Origin: Candidatus Oxydemutatoraceae bacterium
Lineage (GTDB): Bacteria; Pseudomonadota; Gammaproteobacteria; Poriferisulfidales; Oxydemutatoraceae
Assembly: GCA_965218975.1 (NCBI GenBank)
Contig: OZ244717.1
Coordinates: 1,856,001 to 1,920,000 of the forward strand
Reading direction: 5' to 3'
DNA length: 64,000 bases
The translations under genes were made by a program, and so were the position numbers. This document shows, piece by piece, positions 57,892-64,000 of the stretch. Numbering within the stretch: the stretch's first letter is position 1; each line of letters starts with the position of its first letter. A model generated the notes under the pieces. The model was not told the DNA's origin. It made no database searches and worked only from the letters and a program-made list of their open reading frames with translations.

Positions 57892-58605
57892 TTATTCCAT
57901 CAAGAGAGTTTGGATGTCGGCAATCAAAATGTCGGGGTGAAGGAAATCAACCCCATAAATATTACGTATCCGCTGATGTTGATCAATCAAATACACTTTC
58001 AACATGTGAGATGAAACACGACTTGTCAAACCTTCTTGCGTATTTTCAAACTGACGCAAAACCGATTGCCCATAGCTTTTTAACGTCTTTTGCATTGCCG
58101 AACGCGGATAGCTGACGTCAAAAGTCCCAAACAACCATTCAAACGAATCGCTTTGGAAATCCCGACCGTAAGTTTTCATGACTTCCGGCGTATCGTTCTC
58201 CGGATCAAAACTGATGGAAAGCAAACGTAATTTTGAAGTAATGTCGGCATGACTCTGTAGGCGCTGTTTAACCGCATGCATGACAAAAGTGGAAAGCGGA
58301 CAGCCATTCATGTCGTCGCAACTTGCATAAATAAAACTGAGTACCGTCAATTTGTTGCCGATAAGAATTTCACGCAAGCGGGCTTTACTCCGGTCGGAAA
58401 GAACAATATTTGCGTCAGCGGCTTTACCTAACGGCGGCAATTGATAGGCCCCCGCTTGAGGGGGGGGGAATTTCAAATTCCCCCAACCGGGCGCAAGCAG
58501 CTGAACTTCAATCTTTTCAGCTGCATTAGCCGTTTGAATCGTCATCATCACGATAACAACCGTCACCATTGTTGCAATCAACGTATTCCGAAAGACTTTC
58601 ATCAC
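57892..58605 (-). CDS. SCO/SenC family copper chaperone
   Basis: FIYASCDDMNGCP, SISFDPENDTP, distal His (SHMLKVYLID). Confidence 0.9.
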   Translation of the reverse strand: MMKVFRNTLIATMVTVVIVMMTIQTANAAEKIEVQLLAPGWGNLKFPPPQAGAYQLPPLGKAADANIVLSDRSKARLREILIGNKLTVLSFIYASCDDMNGCPLSTFVMHAVKQRLQSHADITSKLRLLSISFDPENDTPEVMKTYGRDFQSDSFEWLFGTFDVSYPRSAMQKTLKSYGQSVLRQFENTQEGLTSRVSSHMLKVYLIDQHQRIRNIYGVDFLHPDILIADIQTLLME

Positions 58606-58663
58606 CTGAACAACACTCCTCCGCTACAGGAATTTCGGTAAAATAAGTATAGCATTAAAGAAT

Positions 58664-58690
58664 AAAAAAGACCGCCCGAAGGCGGTCTTT
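58664..58690 (-). terminator. Intrinsic terminator after mtoX
   Basis: AAAGACCGCC-TTCG-GGCGGTC-TTTTTT on the minus strand. Confidence 0.85.
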
Positions 58691-58719
58691 AAGGGGACTT
58701 TTCGACGGGATAAGCGCGA

Positions 58720-60078
58720 TTACTTCACAACCGAGACTGCAAACTCAGCAGGTCTATTTTCCACAGGCGCATCGGCGTACAACGAATAAGCACCAAAGCG
58801 CATTTGATGCGATCTGCCCAATTTCTCTTTCACAAAATCAATCGCAAATTGCAGCTTCATTTTCTTGCCGTCCCAATGGAACAGTTTCAAATATTGCTCA
58901 TCGTCTTTGCCGGTTTTGTCCCATCTTGAAAGCAAAGAAGAAGTATAGTACAGACGCGCGCCGTCCCAGCTTTGCGAAATCATGTTGACTTGCGAACCAA
59001 CTACGTGCTCGTAAACTTGCTTGGCATTAAACGGATCGGATATATCAAAGAATCGAGTCTTGCCGTCCATAAAAGTTTGCACCCAAAGCCCTTGATCGTC
59101 GGCGGTGATGGAAATATCTACCGGCAATGGCACTGATGCCGGATCACCGATCGTGCCCACCTCTTTGGCATGCCAATCATTATCCTCTTCATAGATCAAC
59201 CAAATCTTAGAAGTTAAAGCGGTAGTCGTAAAACAATAGTTATTTGTCGGTTGCCATGCGCAGCGAATTTCCAACGGAGCGCCCGGAACATCAAGCACTT
59301 TTTTCGGCTTGCGCGTATGCAGATTCCAAACTACCATCGTATTACCAAAACGCTTCATCGCTTCCTGATCTTTCAACATCTGGCCGAAATCCATCATATA
59401 GTTGCTCCAACCGGTAAACGAAGATGTCAGCATCATGTTGCGTCGCGGCAAAGCACGAATATCATAACCAAAACCATCGGCATAGTCGCCGGTTTTATCG
59501 GCGCCACGTAAATCTCCGTCGGTCGGCATCCAGTGCGCGGCAACAAATTGACCATCATTGGTGTACTCGGCAAGACCGGTACGTCCGCCATGGTCACGGT
59601 TATTGGACAATGCGCTAATCATCATTCTGCCCGGGAGCGCATAGAAAGTATGCGGCCCTACCAAACCTTGCGTTTTCTTCACAAAATTCCGAATCACTTT
59701 ATGCAACTTCGGTTCGCGTGGATTGGAATGAACATCAAATACAAAAATCTTGTTACTGTCCAAACCGCCGGCCCACAAATAATGACGATCGTCGGATAAA
59801 CCGGAGTGATGCGCCTCATTGCGTCCGCCGACCGATAAGGTATTCACCACTTTTCCATAAGTTTTAGATTTGGGATTGACATCAATCGTTACCAGCTTAT
59901 CTTGTTCGTCGCCAAGTCCTTCAACGCCCAAAGTCCAGACATAAACATAATCTTCCTGACCGACAATCTTCGGCATGTATGGCGACATACAGGTTTCATC
60001 CGCTTGAACGGCAATCCCCATTAACAGCGATGCAACGCAAATTGCTAAAAACCGAATAATAAATTTATTTTTTTTCAT
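58720..60078 (-). CDS. mtoX: Methanethiol oxidase (selenium-binding protein SBP56 family), periplasmic
   Basis: Signal peptide then DETCMSPY, EAHHSG, GPHT, SSFTGW, SQSWDG.RLY.TSSLL..WD; sco and mauG neighbours. Confidence 0.9.
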   Translation of the reverse strand: MKKNKFIIRFLAICVASLLMGIAVQADETCMSPYMPKIVGQEDYVYVWTLGVEGLGDEQDKLVTIDVNPKSKTYGKVVNTLSVGGRNEAHHSGLSDDRHYLWAGGLDSNKIFVFDVHSNPREPKLHKVIRNFVKKTQGLVGPHTFYALPGRMMISALSNNRDHGGRTGLAEYTNDGQFVAAHWMPTDGDLRGADKTGDYADGFGYDIRALPRRNMMLTSSFTGWSNYMMDFGQMLKDQEAMKRFGNTMVVWNLHTRKPKKVLDVPGAPLEIRCAWQPTNNYCFTTTALTSKIWLIYEEDNDWHAKEVGTIGDPASVPLPVDISITADDQGLWVQTFMDGKTRFFDISDPFNAKQVYEHVVGSQVNMISQSWDGARLYYTSSLLSRWDKTGKDDEQYLKLFHWDGKKMKLQFAIDFVKEKLGRSHQMRFGAYSLYADAPVENRPAEFAVSVVK

Positions 60079-60166
60079 GTTTTCTTGCTCCTTTTAATGA
60101 AAAAACGTTTCCTCCCCGTTTGCAAAATTAGCTATCGGACTGTGCTGATTTTATTACTATGAACGA

Positions 60167-60194
60167 GCAATATCTTGCCGAACCAAGATATTGC
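60167..60194. promoter_or_regulatory. 11-bp inverted repeat upstream of mtoX
   Basis: GCAATATCTTG-N6-CAAGATATTGC. Confidence 0.55.
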
Positions 60195-60307
60195 AGCCTA
60201 ACAGATAATCTGTACCGGGGCATTTGAGTATCATAAGTTAAAAAACGTAAGCCCTATATTAAACAAATATACAGAAAATTGCATACTTACTTTAAGGTAC
60301 AGCGACT

Positions 60308-60802
60308 TCACTCCTGCTCGTGTGCTAATAACCACCGCTTCTTGTCCAGCATGAATTTCCCTTTGCCGTCGCGGCAAAAACCTCCCAAACTACCATCGGC
60401 GGCAATAATCCGATGACAAGGAATAATGATGGGTATCGGATTGCGCCCGCAGGCATTGCCGACAGCACGGGGACCAGTGCGAATACGTTTGGCAAAAACG
60501 CCGTAAGTCAATGTTTGACCGGCACGCATCCGTAACAGATTTGCCCAAACTTTGCGCTGAAAATCCGTACCCTCCAGCGCCAGCTTCAAGTCGAAACGCC
60601 ATCGCGGGTCGCCAAAATAAAGTTCCAATTGTTTGACGGCGCGCTTGGCAATGGCGCTGCTCGGGGTATGGCTTGAAACCGCTGTACCCGATCGAGGCGG
60701 AGCAAATGAGACACCGCTCACCGCATCATCCGCCGTCGTAGAAATAATCAGCTTGCCGATAGGGGAAGCCATCACGCAACGGTCAACGGTTTGCTCAAAC
60801 AT
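60308..60802 (-). CDS. ogt: Methylated-DNA--protein-cysteine methyltransferase
   Basis: GTDFQRKVW, RAVGNACGRNP, IPCHR. Confidence 0.93.
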   Translation of the reverse strand: MFEQTVDRCVMASPIGKLIISTTADDAVSGVSFAPPRSGTAVSSHTPSSAIAKRAVKQLELYFGDPRWRFDLKLALEGTDFQRKVWANLLRMRAGQTLTYGVFAKRIRTGPRAVGNACGRNPIPIIIPCHRIIAADGSLGGFCRDGKGKFMLDKKRWLLAHEQE

Positions 60803-60826
60803 CGGTCGGTACCCGCAAGCCGAATG

Positions 60827-60898
60827 AGCGGGCGAGGGGAATCGAACCCCCCTCGCTAGCTTGGGAAGCTAGGGTAATAACCACTATACGACGCCCGC
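60827..60898 (-). tRNA. tRNA-Gly(CCC), CCA not encoded
   Basis: GCGGGCGTCGTATAGTGG, CTAGC-TT-CCC-AA-GCTAG, GGTTCGATTCC, GCCCGCT. Confidence 0.95.
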
Positions 60899-61052
60899 AC
60901 GCATCATAGATCGCAATGTTCATCATCCAACAATGGCATTATTATCGGGTATCCCGGCATCGCGATGCAATAGCCCCTTAGTTCATTCTGATTAAAGACC
61001 CGTTACAGAATGTACAGCAACCTCTATCACGCTCAGGCGCGGCGCCATGCGT

Positions 61053-61409
61053 TTATTTTTTCCTAAGTTTCTCTTTGATGCGTGCGGCTTTGCCGGTTAA
61101 TCCGCGCAAGTAATAGAGTTTGGCACGACGTACTTTACCGCGCCGTTTGACTTGAATTTTCTGAATCAGCGGGCTATAAGTTTGGAAAACACGCTCGACA
61201 CCCACTCCATAAGAAATCTTTCTGACAGTAAAAGATGAATTCAGTCCGCGATTACGTTTAGCGATTACTTCTCCAGCAAATGCTTGCAAACGTTCGCGGG
61301 TGCCTTCTTTCACACGCACTTGCACGACAACGCTGTCGCCCGGTGAAAAGTCGGGAACAATCTTGTCGCCGATCATCTCATTTTCAATTTCCCGGATCAA
61401 ATTTTCCAT
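61053..61409 (-). CDS. rplS: 50S ribosomal protein L19
   Basis: [25 protein letters not shown]. Confidence 0.98.
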   Translation of the reverse strand: MENLIREIENEMIGDKIVPDFSPGDSVVVQVRVKEGTRERLQAFAGEVIAKRNRGLNSSFTVRKISYGVGVERVFQTYSPLIQKIQVKRRGKVRRAKLYYLRGLTGKAARIKEKLRKK

Positions 61410-61542
61410 CGTTTCTTCTTTATCCGATTGCCTCTCATCGGGTTGCTATACCTTGCTCGTAAGCAATATTAAAGGCCCTATAAGCTACCAGCATTACCGC
61501 GTGAGCTTCACAGGCCAACTTGAAAAAGGCAGAATTATACAC

Positions 61543-62310
61543 TCATTTCGGCAAATCTTCCCAGTGTAAATTATGCTGCGCCGCATATTCGCTAAGCAGT
61601 CCCCGTTCATACTCAGACAATGAACGACGCTTCAACAAGTCGGGACGCCGCTCAAGCGTTCTGCCTAACGTCTGTTGCAAGCGCCAGCGTGCAATTTCAC
61701 CGTGATTTCCGCTGATCAGTACATCAGGCACCCGGCTTCCCTGATAATCCACCGGGCGCGTATAGTGCGGAAAATCGAGCAATCCGGTCATAAACGCATC
61801 ATTTTCCACAGAATCTTTATTACCCAACACCCCCGGACATTGACGCGCTACCGCATCAATTAATACCATTGCCGCCGATTCGCCGCCGCTGACGACATAA
61901 TCGCCAAGCGAATACTCTTCATCAACTTCCGCTTCAATGATGCGTTGATCAACACCCTTGTAACGCCCGCACAATAGTATGAGACCTTTAAACTGCGCAA
62001 GCATATTTATCTTAGCTTGCGTCAACGGCGTGCCTTGCGCGCTAAGATAAATAACTTTGCGCCGATCGGAATGCAGCTGTGCCGCTTTGGCCGCCCGTAG
62101 CACGCGACCGATAGGTTCTGCCGACATCACCATTCCGTCCCCCCCGCCGTAGGGACGGTCATCCGTATTACAGTGCGGAGGGTCAGCATAATCACGCACG
62201 TTATGAGTGTGTACTTGAATTAACTGTTGCCGGATCGCTCTTCCCAGCACACCAAAACGAATAAACGCGCCGATTATCTCGGGAAAAATAGCGACAACAT
62301 CAATACGCAT
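61543..62310 (-). CDS. trmD: tRNA (guanine37-N1)-methyltransferase
   Basis: DDRPYGGG.GMV, CGRY.GVD.R, SLGDYVVSGGE, HYTRP. Confidence 0.97.
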   Translation of the reverse strand: MRIDVVAIFPEIIGAFIRFGVLGRAIRQQLIQVHTHNVRDYADPPHCNTDDRPYGGGDGMVMSAEPIGRVLRAAKAAQLHSDRRKVIYLSAQGTPLTQAKINMLAQFKGLILLCGRYKGVDQRIIEAEVDEEYSLGDYVVSGGESAAMVLIDAVARQCPGVLGNKDSVENDAFMTGLLDFPHYTRPVDYQGSRVPDVLISGNHGEIARWRLQQTLGRTLERRPDLLKRRSLSEYERGLLSEYAAQHNLHWEDLPK

Positions 62311-62844
62311 TTAAGCAAGCCATTCTTTATCCCAATCCACCGTCATCTTCCGACAGTCAAAGTCTATTGCTTTGATATAAACTTGATGAACATAGGGTAT
62401 GAAATACTCAGCGCCTTGTTGCGAATCGCTGACAGTAACAATATCGTGAGTGCCGGTTGCCACCATACGTTTGATTGTTCCCAATCGCTCCCCGCGCATG
62501 TTTATTACTTCAAGCCCGACCAGCTGATACCAGTAATATTCTTGCTCCGCTAACGGCGGCAAGCTATCTGATGTAATGCTAATAACGCACCCGCGATAAG
62601 CGGTTGCCTGCGCGCAATCATCAATACCTTGCAACTTGGCAACCAAGCTTTGATTGTGCGGACGTGCTGCCGCAACCGGAAAAGGCTTTGTCACCGACGA
62701 TAGATACCATATCGGATATGCGGAGATTTGATTACACGGATCACAATAAGAAAAAATTTTTAACCAGCCTTTAATGCCGAAAGCATCAACAACTTTACCA
62801 ATTTCCACCCGCTCTGCAGTATGCCCGGTATCGCGCTCAACCAC
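62311..62844 (-). CDS. rimM: Ribosome maturation factor RimM
   Basis: AFGIKGW, EYYW.QL.GLEV; position in the rpsP operon. Confidence 0.95.
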   Translation of the reverse strand: MVERDTGHTAERVEIGKVVDAFGIKGWLKIFSYCDPCNQISAYPIWYLSSVTKPFPVAAARPHNQSLVAKLQGIDDCAQATAYRGCVISITSDSLPPLAEQEYYWYQLVGLEVINMRGERLGTIKRMVATGTHDIVTVSDSQQGAEYFIPYVHQVYIKAIDFDCRKMTVDWDKEWLA

Positions 62845-62867
62845 AGTGGTTTACATCCGAAGAGAAT

Positions 62868-63128
62868 TCAGGAAGTATGATTACTCTGTTTCCTAAATTG
62901 CTTAATTAAACTTGCGACTCGCGCAGACGCTTTGCCGCCCTTCCGCATCCAGTAGTCTATTCGTTCCCGATTCATCACCAAAGGAATTTCATCGCCTTTG
63001 GCAATCGGATTAAAGTGTCCGAGCCGCTCAATATAACCGCTATCGCGAGGTTTGCGCGAATCGGTAACGACGATATCGTAAAAAGGCCGCTTCTTCGCGC
63101 CACGTCTTGATAAACGAATTGTAACCAT
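62868..63128 (-). CDS. rpsP: 30S ribosomal protein S16
   Basis: MVTIRLSR.GAKKRPFY. Confidence 0.98.
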   Translation of the reverse strand: MVTIRLSRRGAKKRPFYDIVVTDSRKPRDSGYIERLGHFNPIAKGDEIPLVMNRERIDYWMRKGGKASARVASLIKQFRKQSNHTS

Positions 63129-63232
63129 AATGGCGGCATTATACCGATTTCTCCTAGCGTTGACGAATATATATATCTCACCGCATATAAAATATTTGAA
63201 AATATCTGTCCGCCGTTAATTAAAGCGTTTTC

Positions 63233-64000
63233 TTACGATAACACACGATGATATTCCGCCACGCTAATCATACCTTCGGTCAACAGATCCTTACCAACAG
63301 CGGTCAAGTTCTTGCCGCCAAGAGTAAAACGCGATAATTCGTCGGGTGTTCCACCTTGCGCGATTCGTTCACGCACTGTGGCATCTACTTCTAACATCTC
63401 ATAAATACCGCGCCGTTTCTTATAACCGGTATAAGCGCAACGTTCGCATCCTTTGCCGACAAATACCGGTATGTCGCTTCCAAGCAATTTATGTGCGCGA
63501 CTTATATCTTCAATTTTACAATGCGGACAAATCAAACGCAGCAAACGCTGTGATAAAATCAAACTCAATGCGACGCTGACTAAGTGATGCGGCAAGCCTA
63601 GCCCCACTAGACGCAAGATAGTCGTCGCTGCATCATTCGTATGCAAAGTACTGAGCACCAGATGTCCGGTCAATGCCGCTTTGATCGCAATATCAGCGGT
63701 TTCATAATCACGAATTTCACCGATGAAAATAATCTCCGGATCTTGACGTAAAAATGCGCGCAAAATATGACTGAAAGTCAATCCGGCATCATCATAAACT
63801 TGCACTTGTCCGACACCTTCAATGCGCTTTTCAATAGGATTTTCGATCGTCAAAATATTTACATCTTCACGATTCAAATAATTAATCATCGTATACAAAC
63901 TAGTCGTCTTGCCGCTACCCGTTGGTCCGGTAACTATGACCATACCTTGACTTGCGTTCAGCGTCGCTTCAATTCTGCTTATCTGGGAGACACTCATCCC
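63233..64000 (-). CDS. GspE/PilB family secretion ATPase, 3' part
   Basis: GPTGSGKTT, LRQDPEII.IGEIRD, TGHLVLSTLH, CPHC...CERC; start probably lies beyond the window. Confidence 0.9.
   Translation of the reverse strand, partial: GMSVSQISRIEATLNASQGMVIVTGPTGSGKTTSLYTMINYLNREDVNILTIENPIEKRIEGVGQVQVYDDAGLTFSHILRAFLRQDPEIIFIGEIRDYETADIAIKAALTGHLVLSTLHTNDAATTILRLVGLGLPHHLVSVALSLILSQRLLRLICPHCKIEDISRAHKLLGSDIPVFVGKGCERCAYTGYKKRRGIYEMLEVDATVRERIAQGGTPDELSRFTLGGKNLTAVGKDLLTEGMISVAEYHRVLS

Noticed and set aside
60165-60182. Sigma54 promoter for mtoX (CGGCAAGATATTGC)
   Set aside because: GG-GC spacing is 9 nt, not the required 10
60255-60284. TATACA-N5-TTGCAT as another IS481-type end
   Set aside because: It lacks the ATATGT..TGG core, and the AT-rich context makes a chance match likely

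Overview
Gammaproteobacterial chromosome segment, mostly housekeeping genes on the minus strand: secD'-yajC, tRNA-Ser/csrA/lysC/alaS/recX/recA/cinA, mutS, greA-carB-carA, alr-dnaB-rplI-rpsR-rpsF, rlmB-rnr, purA-hisZ-hflCK-hflX, argJ-secA-lpxC and rplS-trmD-rimM-rpsP. There are four accessory patches. (1) An AT-rich glycosylation islet lies between tRNA-Ser and yajC. It holds five tandem ~930-bp copies of one GT-A glycosyltransferase module (four fused into a 1228-aa protein, one free), with alternating active-site variants and mosaic segments, facing a GT10 fucosyltransferase. This is the best candidate here for an undescribed system. (2) An intact IS1634-family element has a 32-bp target duplication and supplies the stop codon of greA. 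(3) An insertion between hflX and hflK carries a decayed copy of part of hflX and a membrane-protein gene frameshifted at a G7 run. (4) A methanethiol oxidase cluster (mtoX-sco-mauG) is extended by a TlpA-type thioredoxin and a small ORF; a metF-like/metY pair lies elsewhere in the window. Decayed IS481-type ends and three tRNAs are also present. All calls come from reading motifs; no database searches were run.
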